Below are positions 21,344 through 30,860 of a DNA stretch of 64,000 bases, one piece after another (within the stretch, counting starts at the first letter, position 1; each line of letters opens with the position of its first letter). This stretch comes from an uncultured Pseudomonadota bacterium. GTDB lineage: Bacteria; Pseudomonadota; Alphaproteobacteria; JACZXZ01. A program made the translations under genes and the position numbers. The DNA is taken from the NCBI GenBank assembly GCA_963749075.1, contig CAVVLJ010000021.1, positions 544,001-608,000 of the forward strand, in the 5' to 3' direction. The notes under the pieces were generated by a model. It was not told where the DNA came from. It saw nothing but the letters and a program-made list of their open reading frames with translations, and made no database searches.

Positions 21344-21961
21344 TCAGGTGAAGATATGGATGAGCACGCCCGAGCCGAAGGCGAGCATGACGAAGCCCGA
21401 GGTGCGGTGAACGCGGCGGAGGAAGACGTGGGACATCACGTTGCGGAAGATGCTCACGCCCGTGCAGAGGACGATCCACCAGAGCGCCGAGCCGAGATAG
21501 ACGCCGGCGGTCACGAGCGCGCCGCCGAGAAGCGTCTCGGTGCCCCTGGCGATGCCGACGGCGACGAAGACCGCGGTCAGCGAGAAGATGGTGAGCGGGT
21601 TGGAGATGGTGAGGAGGAAGGTGGTGGCCGAATCTTGGGCGAGGCTGCCAGCCTCGGCGGCGCTCCCCGGCGGGCGCCACTTGGCGAGGATCATATGGAG
21701 GCCGAGCGCCATGAGAAGGCTGCCGCCGCCGAGCTGGAACCAATACTGCTCGCGCTCGAGGAATTGCGCGGCGAAGCTCACGCCGAAGGCGGCGGCGGCA
21801 CCGAAGAGCGCGTCCGCCGCCGCGGCTCCCATGCCCGAGGCCAGGCCGTAGAGTGCCCCCTTGGTGAGCGAGCGCTGCATGCAGAGAACGCCGACCGGGC
21901 CGAGCGGCGAGCCGATGACGACGCCGACGGCAAAGCCCTTGATGAAGAGGATGAGCTGCAT
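21344..21961 (-). CDS. LysE family translocator
   Basis: GSPLGPVGVLC, GAAAAD and TFLLTISNPLTI motifs. Confidence 0.88.
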   Translation of the reverse strand: MQLILFIKGFAVGVVIGSPLGPVGVLCMQRSLTKGALYGLASGMGAAAADALFGAAAAFGVSFAAQFLEREQYWFQLGGGSLLMALGLHMILAKWRPPGSAAEAGSLAQDSATTFLLTISNPLTIFSLTAVFVAVGIARGTETLLGGALVTAGVYLGSALWWIVLCTGVSIFRNVMSHVFLRRVHRTSGFVMLAFGSGVLIHIFT

Positions 21962-22095
21962 GTGGCCAAGCTTCGAGGTGCGCCGCCGCCCCGCCGGCCG
22001 AAAGGACGCGCATGCCGCTCCCAAGCGCACGAGGGGAATCGTCCGCCTTTGCGGGGCGCCTTGTGCCTCCCCCCAATCCGCCGTGGCAGCCCCCT

Positions 22096-22947
22096 TTAGC
22101 CTATCTTGCCGGCTTTGAACAGGCGCTTGGGCGCCAGCAGGGACTCTTGCGCCGCGACGAGCGCAAGCTCGCGCGCGCCGAGTGCTGCGGTCTTGCTCAG
22201 CACGGCATGGATGGCGGAGACGGCATGGCCGAGTGCCGCCGGCACGCTGCGGCGCTTGAGCAGATGGCCGAGGAAAAGGGCCGCGAAGCAGTCGCCGGCC
22301 CCGCTCGCGGGTGCCTCCAAGAGCGGCGTTTCGGCGAGCCAGGCGGCATGGGCGGAGACCGCAAGGGCGGCGATCCTCTCCCGCCCACGGTGCCGCCGGC
22401 AGAGGCCCTTGGCCACGACGAGGCGCGGGCCCCGGCCAAGGAGGCTGCGTGCGGCCGCGAGCGCCTCGGCGAGGCCGTCGACGCGGCGCTCGGAGAGGAG
22501 GCCGAGCTCGAAGAGATTGGGCATGAGGATATCGGCACGCGTGAGCGCACGCTCGCGAAAGAACTGAGGTATGCCCGGCCGCACATAGAGGCCCTTCGCA
22601 TCGTCGCCCATCACCGGGTCGCAGAGGTAGAGCGCCTTTGGGTTGGCGGCCTTGGCGCGCGCCACGGCGTCGAGGAGCGGGGTGCCCAGGCTCGCGTCGC
22701 CGAGATAGCCCGAGAGCACCGCAGCGCAGCGCTCGAAGGCCCGGCACTCGGCAAGCCCGGCGATGAGCGTCGCGAGCTCTGCGGCGGTTGCGACGCGGCC
22801 GTGCCAGCCGCCGTAGCCCGGATGGTGGGCGAGCGTCGCCGTGTCGATGGCCCACACCTCGTGGCCCAGGCGCTCGAGGGCGAGGCGTGCGGCGCTGTTG
22901 CCGACGTGGCCGTAGGCGACCGCGGATTGGATGGAGAGCACGTTCAT
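22096..22947 (-). CDS. pdxY: Pyridoxal kinase
   Basis: LSIQSAVAYGHVGNSAA, CDPVMGD and GAGD motifs. Confidence 0.93.
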   Translation of the reverse strand: MNVLSIQSAVAYGHVGNSAARLALERLGHEVWAIDTATLAHHPGYGGWHGRVATAAELATLIAGLAECRAFERCAAVLSGYLGDASLGTPLLDAVARAKAANPKALYLCDPVMGDDAKGLYVRPGIPQFFRERALTRADILMPNLFELGLLSERRVDGLAEALAAARSLLGRGPRLVVAKGLCRRHRGRERIAALAVSAHAAWLAETPLLEAPASGAGDCFAALFLGHLLKRRSVPAALGHAVSAIHAVLSKTAALGARELALVAAQESLLAPKRLFKAGKIG

Positions 22948-23105
22948 GGGCGGCCGAGCTTGCCATAGCGCCGCCCGGTCCCGCCAGCGCCCGAATTCTG
23001 GCGGCACCGTCCCGGTTTGACCGGAGTCCGCTTTGTGCCAAGGGAGACACTCGGCGGCGGTTACCGACAGGATGAGTGGCGTTCATCACGCCGCCGCAGC
23101 CAGCC

Positions 23106-23528
23106 TTACTTAATTGGCGGTGGGCTCGTCCAGTGCTCCTGCGCAAGGGCATCTGTCCACGCCGAGCCCAGTGGCTGCAACACCAGCCAAGTCTCCGCGA
23201 GCTTGCCTGCTTCGATCCGGTAGGACTGCATGCCCGCCCGGCTGCGCGGCTCGCCGGTCTTGGCATCATGCCACTTGAACGCAAAGCGAAACCACGCACG
23301 GTCGCCTACGAATGAGTGATCGTACACAACAACACGTATATCCGGCCGCTCATTCCGGGTCTTGGTGATCTCCGCCGCATAGGCCTCCCGTGTTACTGTC
23401 CGATCGCCCCCTTCATCATGTCGGATGTAATTGTCCGCGACGCAGCCCGGTACCAGGCCGTATTGGCCTTCATGCCAAACCCGCTCCCATCGGTCGAATA
23501 GGTCGCGCATCGCAGACTCGTCTGACAT
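23106..23528 (-). CDS. SnoaL-like/ester cyclase (NTF2-fold) protein in a lower-GC cassette
   Basis: WERVWHEG…YIRHD…RPDIRVVV…GMQSYRIEAGKLAETW. Confidence 0.75.
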   Translation of the reverse strand: MSDESAMRDLFDRWERVWHEGQYGLVPGCVADNYIRHDEGGDRTVTREAYAAEITKTRNERPDIRVVVYDHSFVGDRAWFRFAFKWHDAKTGEPRSRAGMQSYRIEAGKLAETWLVLQPLGSAWTDALAQEHWTSPPPIK

Positions 23529-23805
23529 CGAAGAACTCCTTCCTGCCCGTGGCTCACTTGGAGCTGGCGTTTTGTCAGCTGCGCGAGAGGCGCTACAGCG
23601 CGCTCCCAAAAACGCAATTAGAAGCATAAAGCGGGCGCTTCGCTTCATTTTCTTCACCTGATACTGGCGGAACGTACGGCCATGGGCGGCAGCATGACAA
23701 CCACAAGCGGGGTTGTCGGGGGTTAAACGCCCTCGCATGGAGGAGGTATGGTGCGGAATTCGTGATTTTTGCACAAGTGAGGGATGGCGAATGACCGGTT
23801 TGGGT

Positions 23806-24529
23806 GTGCGCCGTGACAAGGCGGCGCTTTCCAGTGGGTGCAAGGCCCACCCGGCAAGCGCTCCAGCCGGAAGCAATCGGAGCAGTCATGGAGGCAACGA
23901 AATGGCTGAAGCCTTCGGATAGCGGGTCACGAATTGGTGACAGCGCGAGTGTGCAGGCCGCAACGCGAGTGAACGCCGAGCAAGCCTCGAAAAGGACGAT
24001 GTGCAGGCCGACCCGACGACCCTTTCGGGGAAGGCTGATACGCCTGGGTGAATGAGCGAAACCTACGGCCAGGCGCTGCACCGGGGTAGTGGCGGCAGCA
24101 TGTACACAAGGAAAGCGTACGCAACACGGGAAGCTCCAAGGCGTGGTCAGGGATGACCAACCGGACGCCCGCGAGGGACAGGCCGGGCGCCGTGGGGTGG
24201 CGGAGAGGTTCGTAGTACCGCTGAAGCCGGGTAACGCCGGTGGAGGGAAGGGGCCTCAGTTCAAGACAGACGCAATACGCGGTGAGGGACCTGGAGATTG
24301 GGCAACCTATCAACTCCGAAGAGTGTTCAGAAACTGCAGATGGTGTTGCACGCGAACTGTGAAGGCGTGAGGTCTTGTCCGAGAGCCGGATGCGGGAGAT
24401 CCGCACGTCCGGTTCGATGAGCGGGGTGTGGAAACGGAGCCAGGGTCGAACCAGTGAGGCACCGCCAGACGAAAGGGGCGGGAACAGATATGTTCGGCCT
24501 ACAGCCACCGCGCCACACCTCGACTCTAC
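23806..24529 (+). mobile_element. Group II intron lacking its RT ORF (IIB, class E/F-like)
   Basis: 5' GTGCG at 23806; domain V GAGAGCCGGATGCGGGAGATCCGCACGTCCGGTTC at 24381-24415; long domain VI ending CTCGACTCTAC; EBS1-like ACCC loop (24019-24022) complementary to exon end GGGT; only an RT stub at 24298-24370. Confidence 0.92.
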
Positions 24530-24633
24530 CAATCCGAGACATTGACGATCCCGCCGCCGTCTTGCCCCGCCACCTGAAATCTTGCTAGGGTCGCTCGTTG
24601 CCGAGACATCTGCTGCCCTGGAGGCATGGCGTC

Positions 24634-25527
24634 ATGAGCCCGACTGCGAGGCCCCGCCGCAGCCTCCTCTACATGCCGGGCTCGAACGCGCGCGCGCTCG
24701 AGAAGGCGCGTACGCTGGCAGCCGACGGGCTCATCCTCGACCTCGAGGACGCGGTGGCGCCCGACGCCAAGGCCGCGGCGCGCGCGCAAGTTGCGGCGGC
24801 GCTCGAGGCCGGCGGCTATGGCGGGCGCGAGCTCGTGGTGCGCGTGAACGGGCTCGAGACACCCTGGGGTGCGGAGGACCTCGCTGCCGCGGCGCGGCTT
24901 CCCGCCCATGCGGTGCTGGTGCCCAAGGTCGAGAGTGCCGAGATGGTGGCGGAGGTCGAAGGGCGGCTCGCCGCCGCAGGTGCCTCCGCCGAGCTCGCTA
25001 TCTGGTGCATGATGGAGACGCCGCTCGGCATCCTCCATGCCGAGGCGATCGCGGCCTCCTCGAAGCGCGTCGGCTGCCTCGTCATGGGCACCTCGGACCT
25101 CGCCAAGGACCTCCATGCCGCGCACACGCGCATACGCCTGCCCATGCTGACGAGCCTCGGGCTCGCGATCCTCGCCGCGCGCGCCCACGGCCTCGCCATT
25201 CTCGACGGCGTGCATCTCGATCTCGCCGACGACGAGGGCTTCGCCGCGAGCTGCCGGCAGGGGAAGGAGCTCGGCTTCGACGGCAAGACGCTCATCCATC
25301 CGAAGACGATCGCGGCGGCCAACGAGATCTTCGGCCCCACGGCCGCGGAGGTCGCCTGCGCCGAGCGCATCATCGCCGCCCATGCCGAGGCCGCCCGCGC
25401 CGGCAAGGGCGTCGTGCTCGTCGACGGCAAGCTCATCGAGAACCTGCACGTCGAGAATGCCGAGCGCCTGGTGGCGCTCGCCGAGGCGATTCTGCGCCTC
25501 GAGACCGCCGCCGGCGCAGCCGGGTAG
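24634..25527 (+). CDS. Malyl-CoA/beta-methylmalyl-CoA lyase-like (CitE family CoA ester lyase)
   Basis: RRSLLYMPGSN, DLEDAV and GFDGKTLIHP motifs; adjacent to mch. Confidence 0.85.
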   Translation: MSPTARPRRSLLYMPGSNARALEKARTLAADGLILDLEDAVAPDAKAAARAQVAAALEAGGYGGRELVVRVNGLETPWGAEDLAAAARLPAHAVLVPKVESAEMVAEVEGRLAAAGASAELAIWCMMETPLGILHAEAIAASSKRVGCLVMGTSDLAKDLHAAHTRIRLPMLTSLGLAILAARAHGLAILDGVHLDLADDEGFAASCRQGKELGFDGKTLIHPKTIAAANEIFGPTAAEVACAERIIAAHAEAARAGKGVVLVDGKLIENLHVENAERLVALAEAILRLETAAGAAG

Positions 25528-25537
25528 GGGCCATGCC

Positions 25538-26614
25538 GTGGCGCGGAGCAAGACCAGCGCCGGCAACTTCTTCGAGGATTTCCGCCTCGGCCAGGAGCTC
25601 GTGCACGCGACCCCGCGCACGGTGACGACGGGCGACGTAGCCCTTTATACGGCGCTCACGGGAACGCGCTTTGCACTTCAGTCCTCGGACGTCTTCGCCC
25701 GCGCCCGCGGTCTCCCGGCGGCACCCATCGACGATCTCCTCGCCTTCCACATCGTCTTCGGCAAGACCGTGCCCAACGTCTCGCTCAACGCCGTCGCCAA
25801 CCTCGGTTATGCGGAATGCCGCTTCCTGGCACCGGTCTTTCCGGGCGACACGCTCTCGGCCAAGAGCCGCGTCATCGGCCTGCGCGAGAACGCCAACGGC
25901 AAGAGCGGCATCGTCTATGTGCGCTCGATCGGCAGCAAGGCGAGCGGCGCCAAGGCGAGCGGCGAGATCGTGCTCGACTATGTGCGCTGGGTGATGGTGA
26001 GGAAGCGGAACGAGTGGGCGCCCGCACCGCAGGCCGTGGTGCCGAGCCTCGGCCAGGCGGTGCCGGCGACCTCGCTCGCCGTGCCGGCGGGGCTCTCGCT
26101 CGCGGGTTACGACTACGCGCTCGCCGGCTCGCCCTCGTCCTGGGAGGATTACGCGGCGGGCGAGCGCATCGACCACGTCGACGGCGTCACCATCGAGGAG
26201 GCCGAGCACATGATGGCGACGCGGCTCTACCAGAACACCGCGCGCGTCCACTTCAACCAGCACGTCCAGGCCGCCGACCGCTTCGGCCGCCGCCTCGTCT
26301 ACGGCGGCCACGTCATGAGCCTGGCGCGCGCCTTGAGCTTCAACGGCCTCGGCAATGCGCTGACGATCGCCGCGATCAACGGCGGCCGGCACGTCGGCCC
26401 CGTCTTCGCCGGCGACACCATCTATGCCTGGAGCGAGGTGCTGGCGCGCTGGGAGATCGCCGGCCGCCGCGACCTCGGCGCCTTGCGCCTGCGCACGGTC
26501 GCCGTCAAGGACCGCAGCTCGGCCAACTTTCCCGACAAGGACGCCCAGGGCAAACCTGATCCCTCGGTGGTGCTCGAGCTCGATTATACGGTGCTGATCC
26601 CGCGGCGCGGCTGA
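25538..26614 (+). CDS. mch: Mesaconyl-CoA (2-methylfumaryl-CoA) hydratase, double MaoC
   Basis: SKTSAGNFFEDF, GKTVPNVSLNAVANLGY and ATRLYQNTARVHF motifs. Confidence 0.88.
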   Translation: MARSKTSAGNFFEDFRLGQELVHATPRTVTTGDVALYTALTGTRFALQSSDVFARARGLPAAPIDDLLAFHIVFGKTVPNVSLNAVANLGYAECRFLAPVFPGDTLSAKSRVIGLRENANGKSGIVYVRSIGSKASGAKASGEIVLDYVRWVMVRKRNEWAPAPQAVVPSLGQAVPATSLAVPAGLSLAGYDYALAGSPSSWEDYAAGERIDHVDGVTIEEAEHMMATRLYQNTARVHFNQHVQAADRFGRRLVYGGHVMSLARALSFNGLGNALTIAAINGGRHVGPVFAGDTIYAWSEVLARWEIAGRRDLGALRLRTVAVKDRSSANFPDKDAQGKPDPSVVLELDYTVLIPRRG

Positions 26615-26722
26615 CGCCCGTCGTTGTCAAGCGTCAGGGCGAGCGTTATCCTCCACTCGCGTCGGCGCCGCGCAAATGGGGCCGACAAGAAGCCGCCAGG
26701 AAGCGCAATTTGGGAGGAGAGG

Positions 26723-28012
26723 ATGACACTCTCGCGCCGCACCCTCGGCAAGTCGGCGCTGGCCCTCGTGGGCGGCGCTTTCCTCGGGATGCCGCAGCGC
26801 GCGGCACTCGCCGCCGAGGATGTCCAACTGCGCATGAGCTGGTGGGGCGGCCAGGACCGCGCGCGGCGGACGAACGCCGCCCTCAGGCTCTTCGAAAGCT
26901 CCCACCCGGGCGTGCACATCCTCGGCGAGAGCGTCGGCTGGGGCGACTATTGGCCGAAGCTCGCGACCCTCGTCGCAGGCGGCAACGGGCCCGACATCAT
27001 CCAGCAGGACTACCGCTTTCTTGCCGAATATGCCCGCCGCGGAGCACTCTTGCCGCTCGACGGCTTCATGCCGAAGCCCCTCGATCTCGCCGACTTCGCG
27101 CCCGGCGCCGAGGACGCCGGCCGCGTCGACGGCAAGCTCTATGGCGTGAGCCTCGGCCTCAACTCGACGGCCACGATCTATGACGCCGAGTTGCTCGGCT
27201 CGCTCAAGCTCCCCGAGCCCGACTATCGCTGGAGCTGGGACGAGTTCGCCCGGCTCGCCGTCGAGATCGGCCAAGCGAGCAAGGGGAGCGTCGCCGGCAC
27301 GGGCAACCACGGCGGCTTCGAGCCGGCCTTCGAGGTCTACGTGCGCCAGCGCGGCAAGGCGCTCTATACCGCCGACGGCAAACTCGCCTTTGCCCCCGAG
27401 GACGCGGCCGAGTGGTTCGCCTTCTGGGACAAGCTGCGCCGCGCGGGCGGGACGGTGACGCCCAACGTCCAGGCGCTCGACAAGGGCAGCGTCGACACGA
27501 GCCCGCTCACCCTCAAGAAGGCGGCGATCGTGATGAGCCATTCCAACCTGCTGCTCGCCTACCAGAGCGTCAACAAGCACCGCCTCGGCATCACCATGAA
27601 CCCGTGGGGGGCGCCGGGCACGCGGCCGGGGCAATATCTCAAGCAGGCCATGATGGCGAGCGCCTATGCCAAGACCAAGTCGCCCGAGCTCGCGGCGGCG
27701 GTCATCGATTTTCTCATCCGCGACCCCGCGGCGATCGCCGTGCTGGAGATCGAGCGCGGCGTGCCGGCCGCGGCGGCGGCCCGCGAGGCCGTGGCCGGCA
27801 AGCTCGACGACGTCGATCGCCGTCAGCTGGACTACATCACCCTCGCGCGCGATCATATGTCGCCGCTGCCCCCGACGCCGCCCAAGGGCGCCGGCGAGAT
27901 CGAGGACGCGCTCACCCGCACCAACGACGCCGTCTCCTTCGAACGCCTTGCGGTGAAGGACGCCGCCCGGCAATTCTGCGACGAGGCCAGGCAGATCCTG
28001 ACGCGAAGCTGA
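26723..28012 (+). CDS. Sugar ABC transporter substrate-binding protein (Tat signal)
   Basis: SRRTL Tat motif; LRMSWWGG…YWPKLAT…PDIIQQD. Confidence 0.9.
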   Translation: MTLSRRTLGKSALALVGGAFLGMPQRAALAAEDVQLRMSWWGGQDRARRTNAALRLFESSHPGVHILGESVGWGDYWPKLATLVAGGNGPDIIQQDYRFLAEYARRGALLPLDGFMPKPLDLADFAPGAEDAGRVDGKLYGVSLGLNSTATIYDAELLGSLKLPEPDYRWSWDEFARLAVEIGQASKGSVAGTGNHGGFEPAFEVYVRQRGKALYTADGKLAFAPEDAAEWFAFWDKLRRAGGTVTPNVQALDKGSVDTSPLTLKKAAIVMSHSNLLLAYQSVNKHRLGITMNPWGAPGTRPGQYLKQAMMASAYAKTKSPELAAAVIDFLIRDPAAIAVLEIERGVPAAAAAREAVAGKLDDVDRRQLDYITLARDHMSPLPPTPPKGAGEIEDALTRTNDAVSFERLAVKDAARQFCDEARQILTRS

Positions 28013-28014
28013 GC

Positions 28015-28962
28015 ATGCCGGCGTCGCTTCTCACCCGGCGAAAGGCGGCGCCCGACGGCGCGCGGCGTGCGCGGGCGCTCGGCGGCGGCACCGCTTCGGC
28101 CTATCTCTTTCTGGCGCCCTGGCTGCTCGGCTTCACGGCACTGACGCTCGGGCCGATGCTGGCCTCGCTCTACCTCTCCTTCACCGATTTCAACCTGCTC
28201 GAGCCGCCGCGCTGGGCCGGCCTCGACAACTACGTGCGGATGGCGACGGCGGATCCGCGCTATTGGACCGCCGTGCGCGTGACGCTGTTCTACGTGGCGC
28301 TCTCGGTGCCGGCCAAGCTGGCGGCAGCGCTGGCGCTGGCGCTGGCGCTCGACAAGGGCATCCGCGGCTTGAGCCTCTACCGCGCCGTCTTCTACCTGCC
28401 CTCCCTCTTCGGCGCGAGCGTCGCCATCGCCGTGATGTGGCGGCAGCTCTTCGGCGTGGACGGCCTCTTCAACCACGTGCTCGGCTGGTTCGGCGCCGCG
28501 GGGCCGAGCTGGGTCTCCGATCCCGATACCGCCATCTACACGCTGGTGGCGCTGAGCGTGTGGCAGTTCGGCTCGCCGATGATCATCTTCCTCGCCGGGC
28601 TCCGCCAGATCCCGACGGAGGTCTACGATGCGGCCGCGATCGACGGCGCCGGAGCCGTGCGGAAGTTCCTCCACGTCACCCTGCCGCTCCTCGGCCCGAT
28701 CATCTTCTTCAACCTCGTGCTGCAGTCGATCGAGGCGTTCAAGGCCTTCACCCAGGCCTTCATCGTGAGCGGCGGCACCGGCGGTCCGATCGACTCGACG
28801 CTCTTCTACACGCTCTATCTCTACGACGAGGCCTTCAACCATTTCCGCATGGGCTACGCCTCCGCCATGGCATGGGTGCTGCTCGCCGCCATCGCGGTCT
28901 TCACGGCTTGCGCCTTCGCGAGCCAGCGGCTCTGGGTGTTCTATGAAAACGACGCAAGCTAG
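28015..28962 (+). CDS. Sugar ABC transporter permease
   Basis: YLFLAPWLLGF and EAA loop VYDAAAIDGA. Confidence 0.93.
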   Translation: MPASLLTRRKAAPDGARRARALGGGTASAYLFLAPWLLGFTALTLGPMLASLYLSFTDFNLLEPPRWAGLDNYVRMATADPRYWTAVRVTLFYVALSVPAKLAAALALALALDKGIRGLSLYRAVFYLPSLFGASVAIAVMWRQLFGVDGLFNHVLGWFGAAGPSWVSDPDTAIYTLVALSVWQFGSPMIIFLAGLRQIPTEVYDAAAIDGAGAVRKFLHVTLPLLGPIIFFNLVLQSIEAFKAFTQAFIVSGGTGGPIDSTLFYTLYLYDEAFNHFRMGYASAMAWVLLAAIAVFTACAFASQRLWVFYENDAS

Positions 28963-29788
28963 GCGCTGGCGCGCTGCCGGGCTCAAGCACCTGCCCTTGG
29001 CGCTCGCGGCGCTCGTCATGCTCTATCCGCTCTTGTGGATGGTCTCCGGCTCGCTCAAGACGCCGGACAGCGTGCTGACCGACATGGGTCTCGTGCCGCA
29101 GCACTGGGATTTCGACAATTACCGGCGAGGCTGGCATGGGCTTGCCGTGCCCTTCTCGGCGTTCTTCGCCAATTCGCTGCTCATCGCAGCACTCGCGGTG
29201 GCCGGCAACCTCTTCGCCTGCTCGCTCAGCGCCTTCGCCTTCGCCCGCCTGCGCTTCCCCTTCAGGCGAGCGCTCTTCGCCCTCATGCTCGGCACCCTCA
29301 TGCTGCCCTATCACGTGACGCTCATCCCCCAATATGTGCTGTTCCTCCATCTCGGCTGGGTCAATACGGTGCTGCCGCTCGTCGTCCCGAAGTTCCTCGC
29401 CGGCGACGCCTTCTTCATCTTCCTCATGGTGCAGTTCTTCCGCGGTCTGCCGCGCGAGCTCGACGAGGCGGCAATGCTCGACGGCTGCGGCCCCTTCCGC
29501 ATCTATTGGCGGATCGTGCTGCCGCTCTCGCTCCCGGTGCTCGCCACCACCGCCATCTTCTCGTTCATCTGGAGCTGGGACGATTTCTTTGCACCGCTCA
29601 TCTACCTGAGCGATCAGCAGCGCTACACCGTGCCCTTGGCGCTGCGCAGCTTCGTCGATTCGGCCGGGGTCTCGGACTGGGGGCCGCTCTTCGCCATGTC
29701 GACGCTGTCGGTGGCGCCCGTGTTCCTCCTCTTCCTCTTCTTCCAGCGCTTCCTCATCCAGGGCATCGCCATGACCGGGCTCAAGTAG
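28943..29788 (+). CDS. Sugar ABC transporter permease
   Basis: LPRELDEAAMLDG motif. Confidence 0.93.
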   Translation: MKTTQARRWRAAGLKHLPLALAALVMLYPLLWMVSGSLKTPDSVLTDMGLVPQHWDFDNYRRGWHGLAVPFSAFFANSLLIAALAVAGNLFACSLSAFAFARLRFPFRRALFALMLGTLMLPYHVTLIPQYVLFLHLGWVNTVLPLVVPKFLAGDAFFIFLMVQFFRGLPRELDEAAMLDGCGPFRIYWRIVLPLSLPVLATTAIFSFIWSWDDFFAPLIYLSDQQRYTVPLALRSFVDSAGVSDWGPLFAMSTLSVAPVFLLFLFFQRFLIQGIAMTGLK

Positions 29789-29813
29789 CGGGCCCGCCAC
29801 GAGAGAACGCGAG

Positions 29814-30854
29814 GTGAAGACCATGCCAACGGACGGTACGGTGCGCTTCGGCGTCATCGGCCTCGATCACCCGCACATCTACCAGCAGTGCGAGGCGCTC
29901 GTGCGCGGCGGCGCCGAGTTCGCCCTCTTTCAGTCCGACGAGCCGGCGCTCGCCCCGCCCTTCGCGGCCCGCTTCCCCATGGCGCGCCAGGTGAGCGATG
30001 CCCGCGCGATCCTCGAGGCGCCGGACATCGCCCTCGTGGCGAGTGCCGCGGTGCCGGGCAAGCGCGCCGGGATCGGCATCGCCGCGATGCGGCACGGCAA
30101 GGACTTCCTCTCCGACAAGCCCGCCTTCACCACCCTCGAGGCGCTCGCCGAGGCGCGCCGGGTCCAGGCCGAGACCGGGCGCATCTTCGCCGTGCTCTTC
30201 GGCGAGCGCTTCGAGAGTGCCGCCACCGTGCGGGCGCTCGAGCTGGCCCGCGCCGGCGCCATCGGCCGCGTCGTGCAGACCATCGGCCTCGGCCCCCACC
30301 GGCTCAACGCGCCGGCCCGGCCGCCGTGGTTCTTCCGCCGCGCGCTCAACGGCGGCATCCTCAACGACATCGCCTCGCACCAGATCGACCAGTTCCTCGT
30401 CTTCACCGGCTCGACGAACGCCACCATCGCCCTCGCCCGCACCGCCAACCGCGCGCATCCGCAATTCCCCGAGTTCGACGATTTCGGCGAGCTCCTCATC
30501 GACGGCCGGGCGGGGACGAGCGGCTACGTGCGGGTCGACTGGTTCACGCCGGACGGTCTCTCGACCTGGGGCGACGGACGGCTGACCGTGCTCGGGACCG
30601 AGGGCTTCATCGAGGTGAGGAAATACTGCGACCTCGCCGGCCGACCCGGCGCCGATCATCTTTTCCTCGTCGACGGGCGGGAGACCCGCTACATCGACTG
30701 CGCGCGCGTGGCGCTGCCCTTCGGGCCGGCCTTGGTGCGCGACGTGCGCGAGCGCAGCGAGACCGCGGTGCCCCAGGCCCATACCTTCCTCGTCTCCGAG
30801 CTCGCCGTGAAGGCAGAGCTCGCGGCCGCGCGGCTCGAGCCGCTCGGAGCATAG
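29814..30854 (+). CDS. Gfo/Idh/MocA oxidoreductase
   Basis: GVIGLDHPHIY, SDKP and GGILNDIASHQIDQF motifs. Confidence 0.9.
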   Translation: MKTMPTDGTVRFGVIGLDHPHIYQQCEALVRGGAEFALFQSDEPALAPPFAARFPMARQVSDARAILEAPDIALVASAAVPGKRAGIGIAAMRHGKDFLSDKPAFTTLEALAEARRVQAETGRIFAVLFGERFESAATVRALELARAGAIGRVVQTIGLGPHRLNAPARPPWFFRRALNGGILNDIASHQIDQFLVFTGSTNATIALARTANRAHPQFPEFDDFGELLIDGRAGTSGYVRVDWFTPDGLSTWGDGRLTVLGTEGFIEVRKYCDLAGRPGADHLFLVDGRETRYIDCARVALPFGPALVRDVRERSETAVPQAHTFLVSELAVKAELAAARLEPLGA

Positions 30855-30860
30855 CCGGCC

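Noticed and set aside
23593-24542. Minus-strand ORFs of 162-256 aa overlapping the intron
   Set aside because: Antisense translations of group II intron RNA domains.
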